A stretch of DNA of 64,000 nucleotides from an uncultured Acidobacteriota bacterium (GTDB taxonomy: Bacteria; Acidobacteriota; Thermoanaerobaculia; UBA5066; DATFVB01), in contig CAWEYG010000001.1 of the NCBI GenBank assembly GCA_963813155.1, positions 480,001-544,000 on the forward strand. The letters are read 5' to 3'. The stretch's first letter is position 1; each line of letters starts with the position of its first letter. Positions 29,943-40,363 of this stretch are shown here, piece after piece. The position numbers were made by a program, and so were the translations under genes. The notes beneath the pieces were generated by a model. It saw nothing but the letters and a program-made list of their open reading frames with translations, was not told the origin of the DNA and searched no databases.

Positions 29943-31440
29943 GTGGAAGAATTTCGTCGAATCGCCGCCCTTCTGATCGCGCTCGCGCTCCCGGCTGCGC
30001 TGGGCGCGCAGGACCCCGGCCGGGCGCCCGAAATGGAATTCGCGAGCGGGTTTGCCAACGTCTCCCTCGTCTCTGACGAGACGCCGCCTCCGCCCGTCGA
30101 TCCCAACGCGCACGGCACCGCGCCGATGCAGGGGCACGAGACGACGGCGCCGAGGCCGAAGCACTTCTTCACCGGCGTTTCGGAAATCGTCCTGCTCGAG
30201 GCGATCCCCTGGGCCTTCGATCGATACGTCGACAACGAGGACTTCTCCCGCATCTCCACGCACACCGTGAGCGAGAATTTCCACCGTGGCTTCGGGTTCG
30301 ACCGCGATCACTTCAATGTCAACCAGTCTTCGCACCCGTACCACGGCAGCCTCTTCTTCGAAGCCGGGCGATCGAACGGTTACACGTACTGGGAATCCGG
30401 TTTTTTCGCGCTCGCGGGAAGCCTCGCGTGGGAATGCTGCATGGAAAACGACCGCCCGTCCACGAACGACGTCGTGAACACGACGCTCGGCGGCATGACG
30501 CGCGGCGAGATCTCGCACCGGCTTTCGATCATGATTCTCGACAACACCGCTAGCGGGATCGAACAGATTCTTCCGAGAGCTCGGAGCGGCGATCGTCAAC
30601 CCCGTCAATGCGCTTTCGCGCCTCGTCCACGGCGACATGACGCGCGACTATCCGAACCCGGAGGAGCGCTTCCCGAACAGCTTCAGCATCGCGGCCGATA
30701 TCGGCTACCGGCACATCGAGCCGGACGCCGGACATCCGAATCAGGGGACGCTGTCGTTCTCGGCCCTGTACGGAGATCCGTTCGGCGGGGATATCCAGAA
30801 GCCTTTCGATTCGTTCTGGGTCGGGTTCGACGTGAACACTCCGGGCGGCACCTCCATTTCCCGCATCGAGGAGCGCGGCATCCTGAAAGGCTGGGAGCTG
30901 ACCGACCCTTCCGACTCCGCGCGCCACATCTTCGGCTTCGCTCAGGAATATGAGTACCTGAACAACGAATCCCAGGTCGTCGGCGCCCAGATGTTTTCGG
31001 CCGGCCTGCTCTCGCGCTACAAGATCGGCAAGCTCGCGGCGGCGACCGATTTCAGCCTGCTCGCGATTCCGCTCGCGGGAATCCGAACGACCGACTTCGA
31101 GAATCCCGAGACGGGCCGCAACTACGATTACGCGCCGGGGGGCGGCGTCCGGGCGGCCGTGCGGCTCTTCGGAGGCGCGCGCGAGCTCCTCGCGGTGGGT
31201 TACGGCGTCGCCTGGGCTCACACGGTCAACGGAGTTTCGAAGAACAACACGCTGCAGTTTTTTCGCGCGACGGCGCGGATCCCGATCGCGGGGCCGCTCG
31301 GCGTCGGCGGAGGGTACTGGTGGTACAGCCGGCAGACGACCTATGCCGGCTTCGCCGAACCGCGGAAAACGCAGTCGGAATGGAGAGCCTTCCTGAATCT
31401 CGCGTTCGGCGGCTCGGACCTTCGCAAGACCGGAAACTGA
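29943..31440 (+). CDS. DUF3943 domain outer-membrane protein, frameshift near 30565
   Basis: FD.D.F.VNQ..HPYHGSL.F..GRSNG..YW, GSL.WE...E...PS.ND..NT.LGG...GE. Confidence 0.8.
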
Positions 31441-31446
31441 CCGGCG

Positions 31447-31932
31447 CTACAGCGTCCGGTAATACGCGATCAGGTCGAGGGGCGGCGGCGCCTGTCCCAT
31501 CGATCGGAGGAAGCCCGCGACCTGGCCCCGATGGTGCGTGCCGTGGTTGACGACGTGGAGCGCGATCTGCCAGATCGGAGAGACCCACGGGTTTCCTTTC
31601 AGGTCGGTGTAGGAGAGCCGCTCTTCGACGGACGCCTCCGTCAACCCGGCCGCCCACCGTTTCCATCGCCCGTACAGCTCCGCCCATTCGGCGGAAAGGC
31701 GCGAGAGGTCGTATCCCTGCGGCCGCTCCTGCGGTTTTCCCTCGATTCGCGCGAGCCACGCTCGGTCGGCGCCGAAAATGTGCGTCAGGGTCCCGAGCAC
31801 GCTCTTGTCCGCCGTGCCGAAATCGCGCTCGAGCTGCTCCGAGGAGAGCTTGCCGGCCTCTTCGAGCAGGCGGTTCGTCGCCCACTCGGTGTAGTCGAAA
31901 TGGATCCGAATGGTCTCCGGACTCACGTGCAT
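31447..31932 (-). CDS. DinB family protein
   Basis: Y..WA..RL, SV.GTL.H, HVVNHGTHHRGQ. Confidence 0.92.
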   Translation of the reverse strand: MHVSPETIRIHFDYTEWATNRLLEEAGKLSSEQLERDFGTADKSVLGTLTHIFGADRAWLARIEGKPQERPQGYDLSRLSAEWAELYGRWKRWAAGLTEASVEERLSYTDLKGNPWVSPIWQIALHVVNHGTHHRGQVAGFLRSMGQAPPPLDLIAYYRTL

Positions 31933-31935
31933 ACT

Positions 31936-32412
31936 CTACGCCCCCTTCTTCGCCGCGAGCGCTCTTTCCCTTTTCTCCATTTCCTCGGGCGAGACGTCCT
32001 CGACGTGCGACGCGATCGACCAGATGTGGCCGAACGGGTCCTTCAACACTCCGTTGCGATCGCCGTAGAACTGGTTCTCCAGCGGCCGGATCACGGTCGC
32101 GCCGCCCGACACCGCGCGGTCGAACACGTCGTCGCAGTCTTCCACGTAGAGGAGCAGCGACACGGGCGGACGCTTATCCGGGTCCGGACCGAAATAGCCC
32201 ATCTCCGGGTGCTCGTCGGCGAGCATCAGGACAGAATCTCCGATCTCGAGCTCCGCGTGTCCGACCCGGCCGCCCGGCATGGGCATCCGGAATCGTTCCT
32301 TCGCCCCGAACACCTTCGTGTAGTAGTCGATCGCCTTCGGCGCTCCCTGGACGATGAGATACGCGGTGATCGAACGGTATCCCTCGGGAATCGGCTTCAC
32401 TTTGTCCGGCAT
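31936..32412 (-). CDS. VOC family protein (PhnB-like)
   Basis: PEGY..IT.YL, HAELEIGDS, QFYGDR.G...DPFGH.W. Confidence 0.92.
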   Translation of the reverse strand: MPDKVKPIPEGYRSITAYLIVQGAPKAIDYYTKVFGAKERFRMPMPGGRVGHAELEIGDSVLMLADEHPEMGYFGPDPDKRPPVSLLLYVEDCDDVFDRAVSGGATVIRPLENQFYGDRNGVLKDPFGHIWSIASHVEDVSPEEMEKRERALAAKKGA

Positions 32413-32529
32413 GGCTGCCCTCCGTCGGAAAGCCTACCTCACGTCGATGAAGACCGATCGAGACGAGCGACCGGGGCGAGCGATCGAGACAAGGAAAACT
32501 TTCGGCGACATGCCACGTAGGATCACGTC

Positions 32530-32937
32530 ATGAAGAGAATGTTGATGATCCTTTTCGCCTCATCCGCGTTGCTGACGGGAATCGCCGCTGCGGCCGGACC
32601 GCCCGAGACGGTCCACGTTTCGTATCACGTTCAGCCCGGAAAGCTCGACGAATTCCTCAAGGCTCTCAAGGAGCACTTCCCCGCCTGCCGCAAAGACGGC
32701 CTCGTCCTCGAATCGCCGCACCTGATCCTCTCCGGCAAGGAAGACGGCGGCAAGCCGGTCGTCGTCGAAATCCTCACCTGGCGCGACGGCGACGCGCCGG
32801 ACAACGTGGCGGAAAAGAACCCCGATGTCCTCGCGATCTGGAACCGGCTCAACGCGCTCGTCGAGAAACGGGGCGGCAAGCCGGGAATCGAGATCGACCA
32901 GGTGGAGATCGTGGCCGGGGGAAACGCCTCGAAGTAG
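32530..32937 (+). CDS. Hypothetical secreted protein
   Basis: Signal peptide; V.YHVQPGK..EF, VEILTW. Confidence 0.7.
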   Translation: MKRMLMILFASSALLTGIAAAAGPPETVHVSYHVQPGKLDEFLKALKEHFPACRKDGLVLESPHLILSGKEDGGKPVVVEILTWRDGDAPDNVAEKNPDVLAIWNRLNALVEKRGGKPGIEIDQVEIVAGGNASK

Positions 32938-32982
32938 CGCCCCAAGGCCTGTGATACAACTCCTGCTCAAGGAGACCTCAAA

Positions 32983-33408
32983 ATGAAAACAGCCGTCCGG
33001 ATGACCCTCGTGGCGCTCGCTCTCGCGTTGCTCGCGAATCCCCTGCGAGCCGCCGACGATCCGAAGAAGCTCGAAGCCACTGCCCAGGTCAAGGCGTACC
33101 GCGCGAACGCGAAAGCGATGCAGGCGGGCGACTGGGAAGGCTACAAGAAGAGCATGGTGAAAGAAGCCGGGCCGATGATGGAGAAGCAGATCAAGGACAT
33201 GGGCAAGACCCCGAAGGAAATGCTCTCCTTCATGGCCTCGATGACGCCGACCGACCTGAAGTTCACGTCGCTGAAGGTCGAAGGAAAGAAAGCCACGCTG
33301 ATGGCGACCGGCAAGGTCGGCGGGGAAATGAACAAGGGCACGATCGATCTCGCGCAGGAAGACGGACAGTGGAAGGTCGGCCAGCAGAGCTGGACGAACT
33401 CGAAATAA
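32983..33408 (+). CDS. Hypothetical secreted protein (NTF2/DUF4878-like)
   Basis: AAGGAG RBS, signal peptide, C-terminal L.QEDGQWKV. Confidence 0.7.
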   Translation: MKTAVRMTLVALALALLANPLRAADDPKKLEATAQVKAYRANAKAMQAGDWEGYKKSMVKEAGPMMEKQIKDMGKTPKEMLSFMASMTPTDLKFTSLKVEGKKATLMATGKVGGEMNKGTIDLAQEDGQWKVGQQSWTNSK

Positions 33409-33447
33409 CGGTTCTCTCGTCAGCAGCCTGCTAGAATCCCCGCCAGG

Positions 33448-33789
33448 ATGAAGACCGAGGTTCGGAAGGCGGGCGACGTGGTGGTCGTCGATCTCGACGG
33501 AAGGCTGGTCGTCGGCGACGGCGGCGACCAGATCCTTCGCGCGACGATCGACGGGCTGCTCGCGGACGGAAAGCGAAAGATCGTGCTCAACCTCGCGGGC
33601 GTTCCCGCGATCGACAGCTCCGGCGTCGGGGAGCTCGTCGAAAGCAAGAAGGTCGCAGAAGGCGTCGGCGCTCAGCTGAAGCTCCTGATCGCCCCGGGCC
33701 GCGCGCAGCACGTTCTGGATGCGATGCTCCTGCTCCCGGTCTTCGAGAGCTTCGACGACGAAGCCGCCGCCCTCGCCTCATTTTCCTGA
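33448..33789 (+). CDS. STAS domain anti-anti-sigma factor
   Basis: VVVDLDGRL, IVLNLAGV..IDSSGVGEL. Confidence 0.88.
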   Translation: MKTEVRKAGDVVVVDLDGRLVVGDGGDQILRATIDGLLADGKRKIVLNLAGVPAIDSSGVGELVESKKVAEGVGAQLKLLIAPGRAQHVLDAMLLLPVFESFDDEAAALASFS

Positions 33790-34732
33790 CGAAAGCCCTC
33801 TTCCCGCGAGGAATCACGATCGCGAGCGAAATTACCCCGAGCGCGAGGACCCACGCCGTGATCGCGCCGCCGAGGTGCATCGAACGCAGGGCCTCGAGCT
33901 GCGTCCGGTCGCGCGGGCCCAGACTTTCGACCGAAGAGGCCGCGCGTTCGATCCGATCGATCGTGAGACCCCGAGCGATCAATACGTCGACGACGGTTCG
34001 GATCGCGACGACCGCGACGGCGCCCGCCCAGGCCCACCGCAGCCGGCGCACGAGCCCCCAACCGAGCAGCAGCTGGAGCAGGGCCGCGCCGAGAAATGCG
34101 AGGCGGTACCGTACGTCGAGCACGTCGCCGAAAAACATCCTCTGGCGCGGGGCGGAGAAGCCCAGGCCGAGCGCGAGCCCGGCTCCCGCGACGAGCAGCA
34201 TCGCGGCAGAGAGGACGACGACCGGAAGCCGGTCCGTCCAGCGCTCCTCCGGGTCCAGCCGCTCGCAGGCCTCTCGCACGCCGGCGCTCCGGTAAAAGAG
34301 GAAGTACGCTCCCGGAAGAAGGATTCCGGCGATGGCCATGGCGGCATCGACGCCGAGCGGCGGATTTCGGCCGGCCGACGAAACGATCCTCGGCAACACG
34401 GCCAGCACGCATACGACCGTCACGGTCCCGAAAGCGAGCCAGAGAGCAGAGAACGCCAGCGAGAGAGCCCGGGACCACCGGCGGCCGGCGATCGAGCCGA
34501 TGCCGAGAGCGCCGAAGAAGACCGTGATCGCGAAGGCGACGAGCGTCCAGACGGCCAGCTCCCCGGGAAGGACGGCCTCCGGGCGCGGATTCGTCCCCGT
34601 CAACGCGACGAAGCCGTAGACGAGCGCGCGGATCAGAAACAGGACCGCGAGCAGGAGGTCCAGGATTCCGAACAGGACGAGACCGGCACGGCGGTCCGCG
34701 GGTTCCGCCGCGGCGACTCCAGGAGAATTCAA
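33778..34732 (-). CDS. Hypothetical multi-pass membrane protein (ends uncertain)
   Basis: GLVLFGIL, LGIGSI..RRW.RAL, FY....VR..CE..DP..RWTD. Confidence 0.65.
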
Positions 34733-34764
34733 GCCGCGATCTTACGCCCGCCGCGGGAAAAGCG

Positions 34765-35266
34765 TCAGTTGTTGCCGTTCCCCCGGAACGGAAAGCCTCG
34801 GCCGCGGCCAAACGCGCCGTTGCCGTCGCGGTAGCTCGCGAACTTCTGCTGCTGGTCGGGGTTCAGGAGCGCGCCGACCTGCGAGCGAGTCCTCGCCTCG
34901 AGAAGCGCCGAATCCCCTTCGGCCTGGCCGACGGCCTGCGCCGCGCTTTTGATCGCCTGCTCGTTGAGCGGGGTCGCGACCGTCGCTTTCTGCAGAGCTT
35001 CGCGGGCGGACATGATCGCCTGCGAACGCGCAGATCGATCCGCCTGATGGCTGTCGTAAATCTCCTTGATCTGCTTCGCCTGGTCGTCCGTCAGGCTGAG
35101 CGACCGGGTCATGCGCCCCATGTCTCATCGCCGAAGAGTTGTCGCGCTGCCGGCCGCCCGACGGGTCGGCGGCGAGCGCGGAACTTGCCGAAAGCGAGCC
35201 CGCGACGGCGGCCGCGATCGCCGCAAGTCGAATGAATTCAAGCCTCGTGGACCGGTTCCGAATCAT
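34765..35266 (-). CDS. Spy/CpxP family periplasmic chaperone, frameshift near 35130
   Basis: Signal MIRNRSTRLEFIRLAAIAAAV; L.LTDDQ..QIK, LLNPDQQQK. Confidence 0.8.
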
Positions 35267-35316
35267 GCTCGTTCCCTCCGGACGCTTCAACCGTCGTGGA
35301 GCCCGGATTGTTTCAC

Positions 35317-35357
35317 AAAAAAAACGGGCCGCCCCTCCCGTAGAAGAGGCGGCCCGG
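35317..35357 (-). terminator. Rho-independent terminator
   Basis: CGGGCCGCC stem followed by a T8 tract on the minus strand. Confidence 0.8.
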
Positions 35358-35376
35358 GCGCCTGGGACCGGGACTC

Positions 35377-35868
35377 TCAGTCGGAGGCGCGCGGCGAATG
35401 CATTTTCCGGAAATGGCCGGGTTCCATCCCGACGGCTGCGAACTTCTGCTGCTGATCGGGCGTCAGGAGCGGAACGATCTGAGCGTGGACCTGCGCATGG
35501 AGCAGGGCCGCGTCGCCTTCGGCCTGGGCGAGGGCCTGCGCGGCGTTTCGAATTGCGCCCTCGTTGACGGGAGAAGCGAGCGTCGCCTGACGCAGCGCCT
35601 GGTGCGCGGTGCGAAGCGCCTGGAACTGCGCCGTCATCTGGGCCTGGCGGGCGTCGAGCACCTGCTTGATCTGAGCCGACTGCGGGTCGGTCAGCCCCAG
35701 CCGCGCGGTCAGGTGCGAGACCATCCGGTCCGAAGTGAACGGATGCACGCCTTCGGCCGCGGCCGGAGTCACGGCGAGCGCCTGACCGCCCACGAGGACG
35801 GCTCCAACGATCAAGCGGGCGCCCAATCCGCGTAATCCTCTGAATTTGCTGGCTGTATTCCGAGTCAT
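35377..35868 (-). CDS. Spy/CpxP family periplasmic chaperone (tandem paralog)
   Basis: LGLTDPQ..QIK, LLTPDQQQK (LTxxQ motifs). Confidence 0.85.
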   Translation of the reverse strand: MTRNTASKFRGLRGLGARLIVGAVLVGGQALAVTPAAAEGVHPFTSDRMVSHLTARLGLTDPQSAQIKQVLDARQAQMTAQFQALRTAHQALRQATLASPVNEGAIRNAAQALAQAEGDAALLHAQVHAQIVPLLTPDQQQKFAAVGMEPGHFRKMHSPRASD

Positions 35869-35893
35869 GGTTCATTACCCTCCGACCCTTTTA

Positions 35894-35920
35894 AACGGAA
35901 CTGGCGCCCGGTTCGTTACA
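35894..35920 (-). promoter_or_regulatory. Putative ECF sigma promoter
   Basis: TGTAAC-N17-CGTT upstream of the spy-like gene. Confidence 0.55.
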
Positions 35921-35962
35921 GGGCCGCGAGGCCGGCCCTTCGGTGCGGGTACAATTCCTCCG

Positions 35963-36241
35963 ATGGACGACGATCTCGGGGGGAAGGAAAAGAGGTTCGT
36001 TCGGATCTGCCGCGAGCCTTCCTACAGCATGTCCGGCCCGATGGGAACGGCGATCCTCAGCCGCGTGCCCTCCTTCCGCGTGCAGCGCCACGACGAGGAG
36101 AAATCCGTCTTCTGCGCGATCTCCCGCCTCGCCCGGCACCTGGAGGCCTGCGGCATGAGCGAGCCCGCGATTCAGGACGCGATCGCAAGGGCAGTTCTCC
36201 TCGAAGAAGAGGGCGACTTCATCGAAGTCGAGCTCCTTTAG
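35963..36241 (+). CDS. Hypothetical protein
   Basis: ORF with genome-typical codon usage; start tentative. Confidence 0.5.
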   Translation: MDDDLGGKEKRFVRICREPSYSMSGPMGTAILSRVPSFRVQRHDEEKSVFCAISRLARHLEACGMSEPAIQDAIARAVLLEEEGDFIEVELL

Positions 36242-36312
36242 TGTCCCGAGTCTCCCGGGGAATAGATCTCCCGCGAAGGGAGTTCAGGCTCGTCAACAAG
36301 AGGAGAATTCCC

Positions 36313-36906
36313 ATGAAGCTTCGATTCGGACTCGCACTGCCTCTCCTGCTCGGCGCGCTCGCGCCGGCCTCGGCCGCGACGACGACGTGGACGATCGACC
36401 CGAACCATTCGGCGGCGCAGTTCAGCGTTCGCCACATGATGGTCTCCAACGTCCGCGGCGAATTCGGAAAGCTCAGCGGCGCGATCGTCTTCGACGACCA
36501 GGACGCTTCCCGTTCGACCGTCGAGGCGACGATCGACGCGACGACGATCAGCACGCGAGTGGAAGCGCGCGACAACGATCTGAAAAGCGACAGCTTCTTC
36601 GACGTCGCGAAATATCCGACCATCACGTTCAGGTCGGCGACCGTTCGCCCGGCCGGCCCGAACAAGTATTCCGTCGACGGCAATCTGACGATGCACGGCG
36701 TCACGAAGCCGGTCACGCTGGAAGTCAACGTGACTCCCGCGATCAAGGACAAGAACGGAAACGAGCGGCGCGGCGCGGAGGCGACGACGAAGTTGAACCG
36801 GAAAGAATTCGGCGTCAACGGCGGGGGCGCCGCCGTCAGCGACGACGTCCAGGTCCTCATCGACTTCGAGGCGGTCCACAAGGCGGAGCAACCCGCCGCG
36901 AAATAG
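36313..36906 (+). CDS. YceI family protein
   Basis: WTIDPNHS..F.VRH, RDNDLKS..FFD..KYP.ITF, GNLTMHGVTK. Confidence 0.93.
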   Translation: MKLRFGLALPLLLGALAPASAATTTWTIDPNHSAAQFSVRHMMVSNVRGEFGKLSGAIVFDDQDASRSTVEATIDATTISTRVEARDNDLKSDSFFDVAKYPTITFRSATVRPAGPNKYSVDGNLTMHGVTKPVTLEVNVTPAIKDKNGNERRGAEATTKLNRKEFGVNGGGAAVSDDVQVLIDFEAVHKAEQPAAK

Positions 36907-37020
36907 AACGCCGGCCCCCAAGCGCGGCCTCAGGCCCGGCGCAGCGGACAGGCTGCCGGAGTCGTCGACATATCATCGCGAGACGCCGCTCGCGTCGCGA
37001 AGCGGCGCGGGAGGATCGAC

Positions 37021-38052
37021 ATGACGAAGATGCGAGCAGTTCAGGTTTCCCGGGCCAACGGGGATTTCGAGATGGTCGAACGCGAGATCCCGGAGCCGGG
37101 CCGCGGCGAGGTGCGGCTCCGAGTCCAGGCGTGCGGCGTCTGCCACAGCGACGTTTACGCGAAGACCGGGGCGCTCCCCGGCATCCGGTACCCGCGCGTG
37201 CCCGGACACGAAGTTGCCGGAGTCGTCGACGCGGTCGGGACCGACGTCGCCGCCTGGAAGCCGGGCGACCGCGCGGGCGTGGGGTGGCACGGCGGTCACT
37301 GCGGTTATTGCGACTCGTGCCGCCGAGGCGAGTTCGTGAGCTGCCGCATCGCACCGCAGGTCACGGGCATCACGATGGACGGCGGGTACGCGGACTACCT
37401 GATCGCGCCCTCGGGCGCGCTCGCGCTCATTCCCGCCGAGCTCTCCCCCGCCGAGGCGGCGCCGCTCCTTTGCGCCGGCGTGACGACCTTCAATGCGCTT
37501 CGGAACAGCGGCGCGCGGGCCGGGGACCTCGTGGCGATCCTGGGCGTGGGCGGCCTCGGCCACCTCGGCGTTCAGTTCGCGGCGAAGATGGGGTTCCGCA
37601 CCGTCGCCATCGCGCGCGGAGAAGAAAAGGAGCCCCTCGCGCGCGAGCTGGGCGCCTGGCGCTACATCGACACGCGCAGGCAGGATCCCGCCGCCGAGCT
37701 CACGAAGCTGGGCGGCGCGCGGGTAATCCTCGCGACCGTCACCGCCGTCAAGGCCATGAACGACACGCTTGCCGGTCTCGCGATCAACGGGAAGTTCCTT
37801 GCGGTCGGCGCTCCGCCCGACCCCCTCTCGGTTCCGGTGGGGCTGCTGATCGGGGGCCGTCGCTCCGTCTCGGGGTGGCCCTCCGGGTCGTCGATCGACT
37901 CTCAGGACACGCTGGCGTTCGCGGCGCTCTCGGGGGTTCGGTCGAGGAATGAGGAGTTTCCGCTGGAACGCGCCGCGGAGGCGTATGCCCGGATGATGAG
38001 TGGGGAGGCGAGGTTCCGGGTCGTCCTGACGACGGCCGCCAGACTGGAGTAA
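37021..38052 (+). CDS. Zn-dependent alcohol dehydrogenase
   Basis: CGVCHSD, GHE, CGYCDSC..G....C, LCAGVT, GVGGLG. Confidence 0.95.
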   Translation: MTKMRAVQVSRANGDFEMVEREIPEPGRGEVRLRVQACGVCHSDVYAKTGALPGIRYPRVPGHEVAGVVDAVGTDVAAWKPGDRAGVGWHGGHCGYCDSCRRGEFVSCRIAPQVTGITMDGGYADYLIAPSGALALIPAELSPAEAAPLLCAGVTTFNALRNSGARAGDLVAILGVGGLGHLGVQFAAKMGFRTVAIARGEEKEPLARELGAWRYIDTRRQDPAAELTKLGGARVILATVTAVKAMNDTLAGLAINGKFLAVGAPPDPLSVPVGLLIGGRRSVSGWPSGSSIDSQDTLAFAALSGVRSRNEEFPLERAAEAYARMMSGEARFRVVLTTAARLE

Positions 38053-38093
38053 AATCGCGCATCGTCCAACCCGGAAACGTTTGGAGGTGCGAG

Positions 38094-40331
38094 ATGGCTC
38101 CTGCGCTTCGCTCCCTGATCCTTTCCACGGTGGTCCCGCTGCTGCCGGCCGCGGCTCTCGCGGCAACGTTCCCCTCGATTGAAGTCGTCCGCGCCGACGC
38201 GACCCGGACGGTCCGCCTCGACTCCGCGCCCGATCTGGGGGACGCGGCGACGGGCTTCGACTTCTGCCTGAAGGACTCGACGAACGGCTCGAGGCTGCGA
38301 TTCAATTCGACGACCGGCGCGTACGTCGTCTGCGGCGCCGACGGCACGTTCGAGGAAGGGGTCGGAACGGTGACGACGTCGGGCAGCACCGTGACCCTTT
38401 CCCACGCGTTCGGCAACCGGGCTTTCCACGGCCTGGAATCGGTCCACGCGACGGTGAACACGGCGACGGCGCAGGGGCAGGCGTACCTCAACGCCTCGAG
38501 CGAATCGCGGCCGTCTTTCAAGCCGGTCACGATCGACGATCCGAACATCAACGACAACGGCGACTGCTCCGCGTGCGCCTCCCTGACGGCGGTCAGCGAG
38601 GGAACGATCAACCTCACGGACACTCCGACACACGTGTTTTCCCTGAACACGACGCAGACGCAGTTCAACGTGCTGCAGAAATACACGCTGAATCCCGACT
38701 TCGACGGGACGCTGACGCGCCTCGTCGGCGGCATCTCCCGCAACGGTGCCGGGTCTCTTTCGTTCCAGATGGTCGTCTATCCGGACAACAACGGCCTGCC
38801 CGGAAGCACGCCGCTCTACGTGAGCCCGACGTTCGACTACCCTTCTTTTCCCGCGTTTCCCACGATCGGGATCGTCCATCAGGACCTGAGTCTCCGGGTG
38901 GACCCGAAGTTCTGGGCGGGAGTTCGCTACAACCCCGTCTCGGACCCGCTCTATTTTCCGTTCGACGACGCGCCCACGTCGCCGGACACCGACGTCTATG
39001 GGTGCGGAGCGACGGGACCGTGCCAGAGGATCTCGATCAGCCAGGTCGTCATCCGCAACCTCTATCTCTCGGCCGATTCCAAGTACTCGAACCTCTACCA
39101 GAGCGGCGGGTTCGTGCGCTACGGGATTCCGGGCACGAGGGAAATCGTCTCGGACAAATGCGGAGACGGCTCTTACGAGCAGATCAGTCTCACCCCGACC
39201 GGCATTTCCCAGCTCTACTCGGAGAACGGCGTGGTCTCCGCCACGTCGGAATTTCCGCCGACCGACTTTTCGAAAGCTTTCGCCCGGATCCGGCCCGTGA
39301 TCGACGTCAATGGCACGGGTCTCGACGGGAAGGCGGACACGCGGTACGGAACGAACCAGCGTTTCTCGGCGTTTTCGTTCATCGGGAACAACGACTGGAA
39401 CTTCTGCACGCGGCTCTCCACCACGACCGACTACGAATGCCACACGATTCCCGGCTTCGTCTCCGGTTCGGGCGGCTACACGCGCATCACCGGAGTGGCG
39501 AACGGACTCGAGGCCTCGTACGGGAACTCCGTGGCCGACCAGCTCAACCGCGTGTTCCTTCAGTACAACGGATCGAACTGGACGGCGCAGACTCTCAACC
39601 CGGTCACCGCGTCGCCGTCGATCGGTAACCCGGAGTTCGGCTTCAACTGGTACCAGGCGAGATCGTTCAAGCTCGGGGTCGTGTACGAGTACAAGAAGAC
39701 CGATGGTGCGATCGAAGCTCAGCTGCTGAACGGAAATTCGGTCATCGGAAAATATGCGATCGACACCGACGACCCGCCCGCCGGGTTCAACCCGAGTCTC
39801 GCGACGCAGATGGGCGCCGACTGCTCGAGGCAGGGGTGGTGCATCATCGGACGCTTCGACTCCCACCTGCAGAGCAACGTCGCGGACTACATCGACTTCA
39901 CCGAGTCGCCGCCGGAAATCCAGCACTGGGTTCTCGGCTCCGCTCCGCAGGGTTTCGGCTTCGGCCGGGCCGTCAACATCAACGGCCGAGACCAGAAGGC
40001 GCTCTACGCCAGCTATTCGCTCTCCTCCACGGCGAACCAGTACCGGCTGCAGCTCGATTACATCGACCTGAAGAGTACGACTTACAAGAACTTTTCCCTC
40101 GGGTTCGACTACACCGCGAGCGCCGGGAATTTCCCGCTGAGCATCGCGCGCGAAGGAGGCTCTTTCGGCCTCGGGCAGCTCCGCGGCGTGAACACGTTCT
40201 ATTCGCTGACGGAAAACTGCGGCCCCTCGAACTTCCGCGGCCGCGGAACGGGGACCGGATCGGGAGACGGCGGGGAGCCGAGGATCCCGTGCGAAAGCCT
40301 GCCGCCGATCAGCATCCACAACCGGTTCTGA
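38094..40331 (+). CDS. Large secreted beta-rich Cys-containing hypothetical protein (745 aa)
   Basis: Signal peptide; long intact ORF rich in S/T/N/G/Y; no catalytic motif recognised. Confidence 0.8.
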   Translation: MAPALRSLILSTVVPLLPAAALAATFPSIEVVRADATRTVRLDSAPDLGDAATGFDFCLKDSTNGSRLRFNSTTGAYVVCGADGTFEEGVGTVTTSGSTVTLSHAFGNRAFHGLESVHATVNTATAQGQAYLNASSESRPSFKPVTIDDPNINDNGDCSACASLTAVSEGTINLTDTPTHVFSLNTTQTQFNVLQKYTLNPDFDGTLTRLVGGISRNGAGSLSFQMVVYPDNNGLPGSTPLYVSPTFDYPSFPAFPTIGIVHQDLSLRVDPKFWAGVRYNPVSDPLYFPFDDAPTSPDTDVYGCGATGPCQRISISQVVIRNLYLSADSKYSNLYQSGGFVRYGIPGTREIVSDKCGDGSYEQISLTPTGISQLYSENGVVSATSEFPPTDFSKAFARIRPVIDVNGTGLDGKADTRYGTNQRFSAFSFIGNNDWNFCTRLSTTTDYECHTIPGFVSGSGGYTRITGVANGLEASYGNSVADQLNRVFLQYNGSNWTAQTLNPVTASPSIGNPEFGFNWYQARSFKLGVVYEYKKTDGAIEAQLLNGNSVIGKYAIDTDDPPAGFNPSLATQMGADCSRQGWCIIGRFDSHLQSNVADYIDFTESPPEIQHWVLGSAPQGFGFGRAVNINGRDQKALYASYSLSSTANQYRLQLDYIDLKSTTYKNFSLGFDYTASAGNFPLSIAREGGSFGLGQLRGVNTFYSLTENCGPSNFRGRGTGTGSGDGGEPRIPCESLPPISIHNRF

Positions 40332-40363
40332 GGGAGGCCCTCGATGGCGACAGCGAAGACAGT

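Noticed and set aside
36907-37020. Further copy of the structured repeat family
   Set aside because: Only a 12-nt match (CGACGACTCCGG on the minus strand) and a generic hairpin; too weak at this GC content.
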